Shown: piece by piece, positions 8,130-17,462 of the stretch
Position numbering within the stretch: the first letter of the stretch is position 1
Layout: each line of letters starts with the position of its first letter
Source of the DNA: Vulcanimicrobiales bacterium
Lineage (GTDB): Bacteria > Vulcanimicrobiota > Vulcanimicrobiia > Vulcanimicrobiales > Vulcanimicrobiaceae
Length of the DNA stretch: 64,000 nt
Reading direction: 5' to 3'
Assembly: GCA_038231455.1 (NCBI GenBank)
Contig: JBBRLI010000008.1
Span: forward strand, 1-64,000
The notes under the pieces: model-generated
What the model was told of the DNA's origin: nothing
Database searches by the model: none
The model's input: the letters and a program-made list of their open reading frames with translations, nothing else
Position numbers and translations under genes: made by a program

Positions 8130-9395
8130 ATGGATCGCCCTCGTCTTCGTCTCGTCGCCGTGCTCATCGCAGTTGCCACCGTTAGCGCTTGTGGTGGTAC
8201 GGATAATGCACGCCTTCTTCCCGCGCCTACCGCGGCACCGACCGCCGCGCCATCGTTCACAAGCGTAACCGTGGCGAGTGCGTCCGCGCAATCGCTGCCG
8301 ACGATCGGCGGCGGAACGGCATCTGTGTCGCTTGCGGCAGTTGCCGGCACGCCGGCAAACGCGACGGTCGCCGTCACGGTTTCAAGTACGCCGCCAAGCG
8401 GCGCAATTGCGATCGCTGCGGTGGGACGCAAAACGCTCACCGGTTCGCGGATTCCCCTTGCTTATTATACGTTCGTCCCCAGTGTCGATATTCAACTTGT
8501 AAGTTTCCCGAGCTTCACCGTGAGCTACCCGACCTCGCTCTTACCCGCTGGGACCACGATAAAAGAAGCATTCCTCGACGCTGGGACCGCGCAGCCGGTC
8601 TTCACGTACGACATTTCCTTCGGTCCGAGCGGTGCAACGTTTACGAGCACCGCTACCGCTCCGAAATTGCTTGCGGGCAAAGCATACATTTTTGCTTTCT
8701 ATTTCGAATCCGTAGCGACCGCAACCGCGACGCCGACGGTAACGCCAACGCCAACGGCGACGACCAACCCAACGCCGACCTCATCGCCATCGCCATCGCC
8801 TACCGCAACGACGACCGCGCGCGCGACGCCAACCGCAACGCCGACTGCATCACCAACGCCGACCCCGACGACCGTTGCTAGCGCATCACCGACGCCGGTG
8901 CCAACGCCGATCGGTTTTGCCGGCGGGTCCGCGACCTTCACCGCTGGTGCGGGCTACAACGGTCTGACAAGTTCGATCGTGCCGTTGGTCACAAGCGAAA
9001 GTGGCGTCGTTGGAAACGCCACATTTGAGTCGAACCAACAAGGAGCCCCGAGTTTTTTCTCGGGAAGCTCAGCAAACCCACTTCGCCAAATCGTCCTTGA
9101 AGTCAACGACAATACGCGGATATCAAATAGCACAACGTACTCGGGGTCTGACTTGACCAACTTCAAAGTCTTGCTCACGTACTCCGAGTACTACACCGCT
9201 GGAGGAACCGGCACGAGCCGCAATTGGATTGCGAGCGGCGGAACGGTGACCTTTGAGAATGTAGCAAACGGCGCGGCGACCTATCGCCTCCGCGGTGTGA
9301 CATTCATCCCGGACGCCTCCTACACGTCCAATCCGGCAACCGGCACGTTCACACTGGACGCCGTCGGTACCGCCAACCCGTACACGTCGAACTGA
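8130..9395 (+). CDS. Lipoprotein with Thr/Pro-rich linker and beta-rich domains
   Basis: AAGGAG RBS before ATG 8130; lipobox VSA-C; TP-rich linker; C-terminal domain shared with the next gene. Confidence 0.85.
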   Translation: MDRPRLRLVAVLIAVATVSACGGTDNARLLPAPTAAPTAAPSFTSVTVASASAQSLPTIGGGTASVSLAAVAGTPANATVAVTVSSTPPSGAIAIAAVGRKTLTGSRIPLAYYTFVPSVDIQLVSFPSFTVSYPTSLLPAGTTIKEAFLDAGTAQPVFTYDISFGPSGATFTSTATAPKLLAGKAYIFAFYFESVATATATPTVTPTPTATTNPTPTSSPSPSPTATTTARATPTATPTASPTPTPTTVASASPTPVPTPIGFAGGSATFTAGAGYNGLTSSIVPLVTSESGVVGNATFESNQQGAPSFFSGSSANPLRQIVLEVNDNTRISNSTTYSGSDLTNFKVLLTYSEYYTAGGTGTSRNWIASGGTVTFENVANGAATYRLRGVTFIPDASYTSNPATGTFTLDAVGTANPYTSN

Positions 9396-9501
9396 CGCAC
9401 GTAGCCATAACGTAACTCCCTCTCAATCGTGTCTTCAGATGGGCCACCAAGCGGCGCCATCTTGCTGAACCTGATCGAGCAACGGACAAAAAGGAACATC
9501 C

Positions 9502-10254
9502 ATGAATTTCGCCCGCCTCCGCCTCGTCGCCGCCGCTCTTACCATCGCGTCCGTCACCGCATGCTCCGGTGGAAACGGTTCATCGTCGCCGGCGACCGCC
9601 GCGCCGACGGTGACGCCGGTGCCCACGAGTACTTCGACGCCAACGCCCGCGCCGACCGGCACAGCCGTGCCGACAAACAGCCCCGCGCCAACGAACACCC
9701 CCGTACCAACGAGCACGCCGACGGTTACCCCCGCGCCAACGAGCACCCCAACGGTCACGCCCGCTCCTACGAGCACCCCGACGCCGACCCCGACCGTGGC
9801 TGCGAAATTTACCGGTGGTTCGGGATACAATGGTCTGGCTAGTTCGATCGCGATCCTCGATACCGTTGAGGCCGGCGGGACGGGCAACGTTCAGTTTGAT
9901 TCGATTCCGCACGGCCAAACCGGCAGCGGAAACGCAGCGAGCCCCAATCGCCTGATCACCTTAGAGATCAATGACAACACGCGGATATCGAACAGCTCCA
10001 CCTACACGTCGGCAGATTTCAATGGCTTCAAAGTGCTCGCGTACTACGCAGAAGATCTTGGAGCGAGTGCCAACGGTCGGTACTGGATTGCCACCGGCGG
10101 CACGGTGACTTTTGAAAATGTCGGCAACGGCGCGGCAACGTATCGCCTTCGCGGCGTGACATTTACTCCGAATCAACTCCGCGGGCAAAATGCTGCTGTC
10201 GGCTCGTTCACGCTCGATGCGGTCGGAACGGCCAACCCGTATACGTCAAACTGA
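9502..10254 (+). CDS. Paralogous lipoprotein with Pro/Thr stalk
   Basis: AAGGA RBS; lipobox VTA-C; PTSTPTVTPA repeats; ends TLDAVGTANPYTSN like the upstream gene. Confidence 0.88.
   Translation: MNFARLRLVAAALTIASVTACSGGNGSSSPATAAPTVTPVPTSTSTPTPAPTGTAVPTNSPAPTNTPVPTSTPTVTPAPTSTPTVTPAPTSTPTPTPTVAAKFTGGSGYNGLASSIAILDTVEAGGTGNVQFDSIPHGQTGSGNAASPNRLITLEINDNTRISNSSTYTSADFNGFKVLAYYAEDLGASANGRYWIATGGTVTFENVGNGAATYRLRGVTFTPNQLRGQNAAVGSFTLDAVGTANPYTSN
9706..9795 (+). repeat. About 3 x 30-bp coding tandem repeat (PTSTPTVTPA)
   Basis: CCAACGAGCACGCCGACGGTTACCCCCGCG-like units in tandem. Confidence 0.75.
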
Positions 10255-10300
10255 ACCGGGGTCTGCAACTAATAAGACGCTTGGCTCGTCCTAGTCGCGT

Positions 10301-11287
10301 ATGATTGCAACACGTTTCCTTTCACGTGCGACCGCGCTTGTCGGGCTCGCTCTGACCCTCTCGGTCTCGTCACTTCCGGTAGGCGCTGCGGCGCCTGCTC
10401 TCGGAACGCCCGCCCCCGGCTTCCAGCGCTTGATTCTCGGTGATTTCGAAATCACGGCGCTCTCCGACGGTTCGTTTTCGCTTCCCGCAAAACAACTGCT
10501 CAAGAACGCAACTCCGGCGCGCATCGATGCGACGCTCGGCAAAGTCTTCATCAAAGATCCGGTCCCGACGTCCGTCAACGCGTTTCTCGTGAACACCGGA
10601 TCGAAACTCGTGCTGATCGATACCGGCAGCGGGAATCTCTTCGGTCCCACCCTCGGCAAACTCGCCGACAATCTCGCGGCGGCGGGCTACAAGCCCGAAC
10701 AAGTCGACGAAATCTACATCACGCATCTCCATCCCGATCACGTCGGCGGACTGACAACGCCCGATGGCGTCGCGGTTTTCCCAAACGCGATCGTGCGCAC
10801 GGACAAGCGCGAATCGGATTTCTGGCTGAGCGAAGCGACTGCGGCGAAAGCCCCGAAAGCTATGCAAGACTTCTTCGCCGGTGCTCGCAAGAGCATGGCT
10901 CCCTATGTCGCCTCCGGACACTTCAAATCGTTTACCGGCGCGAGCAACGCACTCGTCCCGGGCATCAGCGAAATCAGCACGATCGGACATACACCGGGTC
11001 ACTCGACGTATATCGTGAGCAGCAAGGGCCAGCGTATGGTCATCTGGGGCGACCTCGTGCACGTCGCCGCGCTGCAGTTCCCGGATCCCGATGTGTCGAT
11101 CGCATTCGACTCTGATAACAAATCCGCCATCGCCCAGCGCAAACGCGCCTTTGCCGATGCCGCCGCGCATGGCGATTGGGTCGCCGCCGCACACATGTCG
11201 TTCCCGGGCATCGGGCACGTCGTCAAGAGCGGCACGGGCTACATGTGGATCCCCGCCAACTACGCCCCGGTCATTAACGGCAAGTAA
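10301..11287 (+). CDS. Secreted MBL-fold metallo-hydrolase (methyl-parathion hydrolase/OPHC2-like)
   Basis: Signal peptide, ITALSDG, LIDTG, THLHPDH, GHTPGH, WGDLVH, AHMSFPGIG. Confidence 0.9.
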   Translation: MIATRFLSRATALVGLALTLSVSSLPVGAAAPALGTPAPGFQRLILGDFEITALSDGSFSLPAKQLLKNATPARIDATLGKVFIKDPVPTSVNAFLVNTGSKLVLIDTGSGNLFGPTLGKLADNLAAAGYKPEQVDEIYITHLHPDHVGGLTTPDGVAVFPNAIVRTDKRESDFWLSEATAAKAPKAMQDFFAGARKSMAPYVASGHFKSFTGASNALVPGISEISTIGHTPGHSTYIVSSKGQRMVIWGDLVHVAALQFPDPDVSIAFDSDNKSAIAQRKRAFADAAAHGDWVAAAHMSFPGIGHVVKSGTGYMWIPANYAPVINGK

Positions 11288-11313
11288 CCGCGAAGCGTAC
11301 GCTTCGTCGAGCG

Positions 11314-11342
11314 AAAGCACGCCTGCGAAGGCGTGCTTTTTT
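11314..11342 (+). terminator. Intrinsic terminator
   Basis: AAAGCACGCCT-GCGA-AGGCGTGCTTTTTT. Confidence 0.85.
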
Positions 11343-11387
11343 CTTTAAGAGAAGCGCGTCACTCTCTCTTAAGAATTGGAGCTGCCC

Positions 11388-11747
11388 GTGAGTACGACCC
11401 CAAGCGCCATCGCCTTCACCATGTATCCCGTCACCGATGTGCCGCGAGCCGTCGCGTTTTACCGCGACGCGCTCGGACTCAAGCCGACCGAGGTTGCGAT
11501 GGACTATTGGGTCGAGTTTGCGGTTGGCGATGGAACCTTCGGCGTAGGCACTTTCGAACAAGTCGGCACGGCCGGTTCGGCGCAGTCGCTCTCGCTTGAA
11601 TATACCGATATGAGCGCTCTTCGCGCACATCTCAAATCGCACGGGATTGAATCGAGCGAACCCCACGAAACGCCGGTCTGCTTTATCTCGGAGGTCAAAG
11701 ATCCCGACGGGAACCGAATCTGGCTGCATCAAGCAAAACCGCGCTAG
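11388..11747 (+). CDS. VOC/glyoxalase family protein
   Basis: VTDVPRAVAFYRDALGL and DPDGNRIWL motifs; GGAG before GTG 11388. Confidence 0.88.
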   Translation: MSTTPSAIAFTMYPVTDVPRAVAFYRDALGLKPTEVAMDYWVEFAVGDGTFGVGTFEQVGTAGSAQSLSLEYTDMSALRAHLKSHGIESSEPHETPVCFISEVKDPDGNRIWLHQAKPR

Positions 11748-11759
11748 CTCCCGGGTTCA

Positions 11760-14573
11760 TCAGCGCGGTGTAAACAACGCCTCGATGTTGCGCTCGCCGC
11801 GATGTTCGAAGTTGGATGGCTCGTCCAGCCAACTCGGACGTGCGGCGCCACGCAAGAAATAATCGAAGTATTCATCCATGTGCACGGTCCAGTAGTCTTT
11901 GTTGCGCTGATTGACTAGGCCGTGCTGTTCGCCGATGAAGCTGAACATGTACGCTTCTTTTCCGGCTCGACGCAGCGCCGTAAAGAATTCGACGCCCTGA
12001 CCATACGGCACGGCGCCGTCGTTTGTATTTTGCAAACGTAGATACGGCGTCTTCACGCGGTTCACAAAATAGATCGGTGAATTTTCCGTGTAGAGATCGG
12101 GCCGCGCCCACGGCGTGGCACCGATGCGCCCTTGGCTGATTTCATAGTATGATTGTTGCACGTCGCCCGATTCCCAAAAGCCGCCGTACAGGCTGACCAG
12201 ATTCGAATCGGATGCGCCCGATTCGACCGCCCGAAAGACGTTCGAATGGGTGACGAGCGCGTTGACCTCATAGCCGCCGTAACTATGTCCCGCCATCCCG
12301 ATGCGTTTGCGATCGACGAAGCCGAGCTTCTCGACGGTTACGATCGCGGAGGTTACGCAGTCGACGGCGCTCGCGCTCGTATGCCCCACTTGGTAGCGAA
12401 TATCGGGCATGAGTACGACGTAGCCGTTACTCGCGTAGCGCGAGAGCGTCGGAATGGTGCCCGTCGCGGGCGGGTAAAATGCGTTGAGGTCATCCGAGAG
12501 TTTCTCGTACACGTAGACGAGCATCGGGTAGTGCGATTTCGGATTGAAATTCGCTGGCACGACTACGGTCGCCCGAAGCTTTTCACCGCGGGCGTTGGTG
12601 TAGTCGATCAAGCGGGCGCGCCCCCAGGCAAACGCTGCGAACTGCGGATTGGCCTGGCTGATGCGCTGCACGGAAGTCAAGTTGGAACCGCTCGTGAAGA
12701 GGTCTGTCGGGACGCCAAAACCTTCTTTGCTGAAGACGACTTGAGAACGATCGCGAGAGATAAACGGGCGTCCAATTCGGACCGGTTCGAGCGTTCCCAC
12801 GACAATGTGCGAACACTCGAACGTCGCAAAGCCTGCGTCCTTGGTCCGTTCGTCGAACACCGAGAGCGAGAGTGTGACCGGCTGGGTTTTCGAAAACGCC
12901 GTGGTCGGTCGATCCGACCGCGCATCGAGGAGACGGAATACTCTCTTTGTTGCCCGTCCCTCGCCGCGCGTGAGGTTGGTGAGCGACGATCCGTCGGCGG
13001 CCGCCGACCAAACATCGTACCGGTCGTAGAAAACAAAACGTCCCGCAGCCGTCCACCCGGCCGCGCCGTATGCCGGAGGTTCGCTTGGATGGTCGTCGTC
13101 GTCGCGTGCCGCTCGAACGCGCTTCGCGCCGATTTCGGCTCGCATGCCGTCCGCGAGGCGCAGACTAAACCAGTTCCGCTGCCGTGGGTCGTACGTTGCA
13201 ACGTACGCGCCGTCGGGGGAAATGAAGCGCGCGGTTTCTCGGATGTTGCGGGCGACGATCGTGCGTGCGCCACTCGCGACCTCGATTCGGTACACGTCGA
13301 TCCGGGGCTCTGCCCACGTAGCTTCTTTTTCGTACGGAACGCTAGTGAATCCAAATGCCGCGGATGCATCGCCGGAGAGCGCGACGTCCGGCACGCCCGG
13401 CGTGGCAAGCGGTGTCGTCTTACCGGATGTTCGGTCGTAAAGCGCACGATACGTTGCGTTCAAGGGGCTCGTTGCTTCACGGCGCAGTTGCGTCGGCAAT
13501 TTGCCGGATCGAGCGTTCCACATGTCAAGATCGATGCGCTTGGGAGCGCCTGACGCAAGCGGACTCGGCACTGCGCTAGTCAAGAACGCGATCTTCTTGC
13601 CGTCATCGGAAAACTGAGGCGGCTGTGCGTCGGATGCAAAGAGCGTTCCGAGCGGCACGTCAGTCGTCGTACCCGTCGCCGCATCTGCCAGGATGAGTTG
13701 ATTGGGATGCCGCGCGCCGGCTTCGCGTTTGATGGACTCATCGTAAGCGTCGGGGTCGCGAAGATACGCAATCGTGCGGGCGTCGGGTGAGAACACCGGC
13801 GATTGCAGGTGCGCGACGCCGCTTGCCACGACGACATCGTGCCCGCTCGCCACATCGCGCACGACGAGTCGTTCGTCGGCGATCGATTGCACGACGTACG
13901 CAACGCGTGAGCCGTCATCGGCGATGGAATAGGCGGTGACGTTTTCGATCGGCGCGCTCGCGACGCCGCCGAGCAGCTGAACGATCAACGTGCCGTCGCC
14001 CGCTTTGCCGGGGCCGTGCGGTGAAGTCGTCGCTGCTGGCGATGCCGCGGCCGTCGAAGCGGGTGCGGCTGCCTTTGCTGCCGGCGATGCTGCCGGCGCC
14101 GGTGTTGGTTCGAGCAGCATGGCGACGACGTTTGCTTCGCGGGCGACGCTGAACGACCGAACGCGCTCGATTCGGGTCGTGCCTCCCGTCGCAAGGTTCA
14201 CGATGCCGAGCCCGGACTTCGGTCGTTTGGCATCGGGCGTCTCTGCGCGATCGGCCACGCGTACCTCCGCGTCGGGCGGCGCAATCCGAAATGCGACGTA
14301 CGCGCCGTCAGCAGAAAAAACGGGATCGCGCCCTCGCGACTCGTGGTACTCCGTCGCAGCGCGCAAGGCGCGAACGTGAAGTTCGCTATCACCCATCGCC
14401 GGTACGAGCGCGAAGGCCGCCCAGCCGCCGCTACGATCGATCGTTACATCACGAATGGATTTCCACGACGAGTAGTCGTGGTAGTCCACCGGTCTTGGTG
14501 CGGACTCCGCTGCGGAAAGTGGAGCGATGCTAAAGAGAAGCCATGCAAAAGTCAAACCGATGAAGCGACGCAT
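11760..14573 (-). CDS. Secreted S9 prolyl oligopeptidase family peptidase
   Basis: Signal peptide, propeller repeats (FSPDA), YPMLVYVYE, GHSYGG, DGAV, EQH catalytic triad. Confidence 0.92.
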   Translation of the reverse strand: MRRFIGLTFAWLLFSIAPLSAAESAPRPVDYHDYSSWKSIRDVTIDRSGGWAAFALVPAMGDSELHVRALRAATEYHESRGRDPVFSADGAYVAFRIAPPDAEVRVADRAETPDAKRPKSGLGIVNLATGGTTRIERVRSFSVAREANVVAMLLEPTPAPAASPAAKAAAPASTAAASPAATTSPHGPGKAGDGTLIVQLLGGVASAPIENVTAYSIADDGSRVAYVVQSIADERLVVRDVASGHDVVVASGVAHLQSPVFSPDARTIAYLRDPDAYDESIKREAGARHPNQLILADAATGTTTDVPLGTLFASDAQPPQFSDDGKKIAFLTSAVPSPLASGAPKRIDLDMWNARSGKLPTQLRREATSPLNATYRALYDRTSGKTTPLATPGVPDVALSGDASAAFGFTSVPYEKEATWAEPRIDVYRIEVASGARTIVARNIRETARFISPDGAYVATYDPRQRNWFSLRLADGMRAEIGAKRVRAARDDDDHPSEPPAYGAAGWTAAGRFVFYDRYDVWSAAADGSSLTNLTRGEGRATKRVFRLLDARSDRPTTAFSKTQPVTLSLSVFDERTKDAGFATFECSHIVVGTLEPVRIGRPFISRDRSQVVFSKEGFGVPTDLFTSGSNLTSVQRISQANPQFAAFAWGRARLIDYTNARGEKLRATVVVPANFNPKSHYPMLVYVYEKLSDDLNAFYPPATGTIPTLSRYASNGYVVLMPDIRYQVGHTSASAVDCVTSAIVTVEKLGFVDRKRIGMAGHSYGGYEVNALVTHSNVFRAVESGASDSNLVSLYGGFWESGDVQQSYYEISQGRIGATPWARPDLYTENSPIYFVNRVKTPYLRLQNTNDGAVPYGQGVEFFTALRRAGKEAYMFSFIGEQHGLVNQRNKDYWTVHMDEYFDYFLRGAARPSWLDEPSNFEHRGERNIEALFTPR

Positions 14574-14605
14574 GAACCGCTATTGGTTCGCCGCAAGCCG
14601 AGAAC

Positions 14606-15970
14606 CTACGAGCCGACGATCACCGCTTCGCCCGGCATCGGACGCTCGGTCGAGAGCGTCTTGCTCGCACCGGCGGGCCGCTCGGGCCGTGGGACGAACG
14701 TCCGCTGCGTCTTGCCGGTGTACACTTGACGCGGGCGTGAGATGCGCTGATCGGGGTCCTCGATCATCTCTTTCCACTGCGCGAGCCAACCTGCCGTGCG
14801 CGCGACGGCGAAAATCGGTGTGAACATTTTGAGCGGGATGCCGATCGCGCGCATCACAATTCCCGAATAGAAGTCGACATTCGGATAGAGCTTGCGTTTG
14901 ATGAAGTAGTCATCCGCGAGCACGATCCGTTCGAGTTCGCGCGCAAGCTCGAGTTGCGGATCGTTGCCGCTCGTCTCGCCTAAGACATCCTCGCAAATTT
15001 TTTGCATAACTTTTGCGCGCGGGTCGTAGCTTTTGTAGACGCGGTGGCCGAAACCCATCAGACGGAATTCGTCGTTTGGGTCTTTGGCGCGCGCGACGAA
15101 CGCCGGGATGTTTTCTTTGCTGCCGATGTGGCCGAGCATCGAAACGACCGCTTCGTTTGCACCGCCGTGAATGGGTCCCCAGAGCGAGGCGATACCGCCC
15201 GCAATGCAAGCGAACGGATTGGCGAGGGTCGACCCGACCGTGCGGACGGTCGAGGTCGAGGCATTTTGTTCGTGGTCGGCCTGCACGATCATCAGCGCGT
15301 TGAGCGCACGCGCGAAAATCGGATTGATCGTGTATTCCTCGGCCGGCACCGAGAACATCATGTAGAGAAAATTTTCGGTGTAGTTGAAGCGGTTCTGCGG
15401 ATAGACCATCGGCTGGCCGACGGAATGTTTGTACGCCATCGCCGCAAGGGTCGGCATTTTAGCGAGCAGACGGTGGATTGAAATGAGGCGATGTTCGGCG
15501 TCGAAGACGTCGGTACTATCGGGATAGAACGCCGAGAGCGCGCCCACGACACCGAGCAGCACGGCCATCGGGTGTGCGTCGCGCGGAAAGCCGCTGAAGA
15601 AACGCAGCAGTTGTTCGTGCACCATCGTGTGATAGGTGATGTCGTGATTGAACTGCTTGAACTCACCTTCGTCGGGCAGATCGCCGAAGAGCAGCAGGTG
15701 CGCGACTTCTAAATACGTCGCGCGCTCGGCGAGCTCGTCGATCGGATACCCGCGATGCAGCAGCACGCCGTTTTCGCCATCGACGTACGTAATGGACGAA
15801 CGACAGCTCGCCGTGCTTCCAAAGCTCGGATCGTACGTCACCATGTTGGTGCGCGCGAGCAGCGTGCGCACGTCGACGCCGTCGAATCCCAAGGTACCGT
15901 GGATGCGGGGAAAATCCGCGAGGGTCGCCTCATCCGAGGTCAGGTGGAGCATCTGCTGATCGGTCGCCAT
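14606..15970 (-). CDS. gltA: Citrate synthase
   Basis: [37 protein letters not shown]. Confidence 0.97.
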   Translation of the reverse strand: MATDQQMLHLTSDEATLADFPRIHGTLGFDGVDVRTLLARTNMVTYDPSFGSTASCRSSITYVDGENGVLLHRGYPIDELAERATYLEVAHLLLFGDLPDEGEFKQFNHDITYHTMVHEQLLRFFSGFPRDAHPMAVLLGVVGALSAFYPDSTDVFDAEHRLISIHRLLAKMPTLAAMAYKHSVGQPMVYPQNRFNYTENFLYMMFSVPAEEYTINPIFARALNALMIVQADHEQNASTSTVRTVGSTLANPFACIAGGIASLWGPIHGGANEAVVSMLGHIGSKENIPAFVARAKDPNDEFRLMGFGHRVYKSYDPRAKVMQKICEDVLGETSGNDPQLELARELERIVLADDYFIKRKLYPNVDFYSGIVMRAIGIPLKMFTPIFAVARTAGWLAQWKEMIEDPDQRISRPRQVYTGKTQRTFVPRPERPAGASKTLSTERPMPGEAVIVGS

Positions 15971-15979
15971 GCCTCGCTC

Positions 15980-16471
15980 TTACGCCGTCAAGATGGCGCA
16001 CCCCGTCGTCCCGGTGGCGAGCAAGCGGCCATTCCCATCAACGATCCGGCCTTCGGCGACCGCAATCTGGCGCCCGACGTGGACGACCGTTCCGGTCGCG
16101 GCAATCGGGCCCGTCGTTATCCCGATTCCACGGATATAACGGATCTGCAAGTCGGTCGTTGCATACCCCGCGCCCGCCGGAAGCTTGGTGTGAATTGCGC
16201 ATCCCATTGCCGAGTCGAGCAGTGTCGCCGCGAGCCCGCCGTGGACGCTGCCGATCGGATTGTAGTGATATTCGGCCGGCACACACGTGAAAACGACGCG
16301 GCCGTCCTCGACTTCGGCCAGGGTGAAGCCTAGCGCTAAAGCGATCGGTGGCGGTGGGAAGTCCCCTTTTACGATCGCACGCAGCGCATCGATCCCAGCG
16401 AGGGCACGCAATTCGGCGGCTTTGGCGTGCGGGTCGTCCCAACGGATGGTGCGCTCGCGGTCGATCATCAT
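15980..16471 (-). CDS. PaaI family thioesterase
   Basis: NPIGSVHGGLAATLLDSAMG hotdog-fold motif. Confidence 0.92.
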   Translation of the reverse strand: MMIDRERTIRWDDPHAKAAELRALAGIDALRAIVKGDFPPPPIALALGFTLAEVEDGRVVFTCVPAEYHYNPIGSVHGGLAATLLDSAMGCAIHTKLPAGAGYATTDLQIRYIRGIGITTGPIAATGTVVHVGRQIAVAEGRIVDGNGRLLATGTTGCAILTA

Positions 16472-16501
16472 GCCTCACATTGTGACAGATAGACACATAA
16501 T

Positions 16502-16517
16502 TATACAGGTCTGCATA
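16502..16517. promoter_or_regulatory. Imperfect palindrome, candidate TetR operator
   Basis: TATACAG-GT-CTGCATA in the divergent intergenic region upstream of the tautomerase-tetR pair. Confidence 0.4.
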
Positions 16518-16552
16518 CTTACGGCATCACACCAATTACCGAGGAGATTCAC

Positions 16553-16792
16553 ATGCCCTTTGCTCACGTCATCGTTCCGCCCGGCGTTCTCGATATCGCC
16601 AAACGGAAGAAGATGGTTGAACTCGTTACGAACGCCATCCTCGAAGCGGAAGAAGCCCCGGCCGTGCTGCGTCCGTACGTCACCGTTATCGTCAGTGAGG
16701 CGGCGGACGGCGGATGGGGAATTGCCGGTCAAGGCTACACGACCGCCGAAACCGGCGCGCTCGTTCGTCAGCTCGTCCAGGCGCAGGGATAG
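16553..16792 (+). CDS. 4-oxalocrotonate tautomerase family protein
   Basis: N-terminal Pro after Met, 79 aa, VTVIVSE..DGGWGIAG; GAGGAG RBS. Confidence 0.88.
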   Translation: MPFAHVIVPPGVLDIAKRKKMVELVTNAILEAEEAPAVLRPYVTVIVSEAADGGWGIAGQGYTTAETGALVRQLVQAQG

Positions 16793-16794
16793 CG

Positions 16795-17367
16795 ATGCGC
16801 GTAGCGGGCCGTCCGCTCGAGCGCGGTGCGGCCCGCGCGGCCATCGTTGCCGCAGCCGATCGACTCTTCTACGAGCGCGGCGTCGCGACGACGAGCCTCG
16901 AAGCCGTCGCCGAATCGGCGGGCGTCACACGGCGCACGCTCTATTATCATTTCGCATCCAAAGACGTGCTCGTCGGAGAATATCTGCGCGCGCGTGACAT
17001 GCGTTCCCGCGCGCTCGTCACAAGCGCAGGAACGGTCCTTGGGGTGTTCGATCGGCTCGAGGGACTTATTCGGCGCAGTGATTTCAAAGGCTGCGCGCTC
17101 ACGAACGCAGCGCTCGGCGAAGCGGAGACGGTCGTCTTCGCGGGTGCGATCACGATGCGCCATAAACGCGCTCTGCGCACGTGGTTTATTGCGGCTTGCG
17201 TTTCGCTCGATGCGCGCTCTCCAACGGACCTGGGTGAGGCATTGATGCTCATCTTCGACGGCTGTCTCGTCGCTTCGCGGACCCGGCGGGACCGCGCTTA
17301 CATTGAAGCGGCACGACGTGCCGTGCGAACGCTGCTGGCGGCACATGGGGTCTCCGATCCGTCTTGA
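16795..17367 (+). CDS. TetR family regulator
   Basis: AADRLFYERGVATTSLEAVAESAGVTRRTLYYHFASKD, GCALTN. Confidence 0.92.
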   Translation: MRVAGRPLERGAARAAIVAAADRLFYERGVATTSLEAVAESAGVTRRTLYYHFASKDVLVGEYLRARDMRSRALVTSAGTVLGVFDRLEGLIRRSDFKGCALTNAALGEAETVVFAGAITMRHKRALRTWFIAACVSLDARSPTDLGEALMLIFDGCLVASRTRRDRAYIEAARRAVRTLLAAHGVSDPS

Positions 17368-17462
17368 TCCCCCGGACCTTGCCCGCATCGCCTCGAGACC
17401 CGCTGGCTTCATCGCTCCGGATTGGTGGCGTGTCAGCATAGGGAAGATGGCCCGACCAGCCG

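Noticed and set aside
8720-8910. Thr/Pro repeats as an array or diversity-generating cassette
   Set aside because: Low-complexity coding linker; no reverse transcriptase or adenine-specific variation seen
16612-16621. Match of the candidate TnpB guide (GATGGTTGAA) inside the tautomerase gene
   Set aside because: Only 10 nt; compatible with chance
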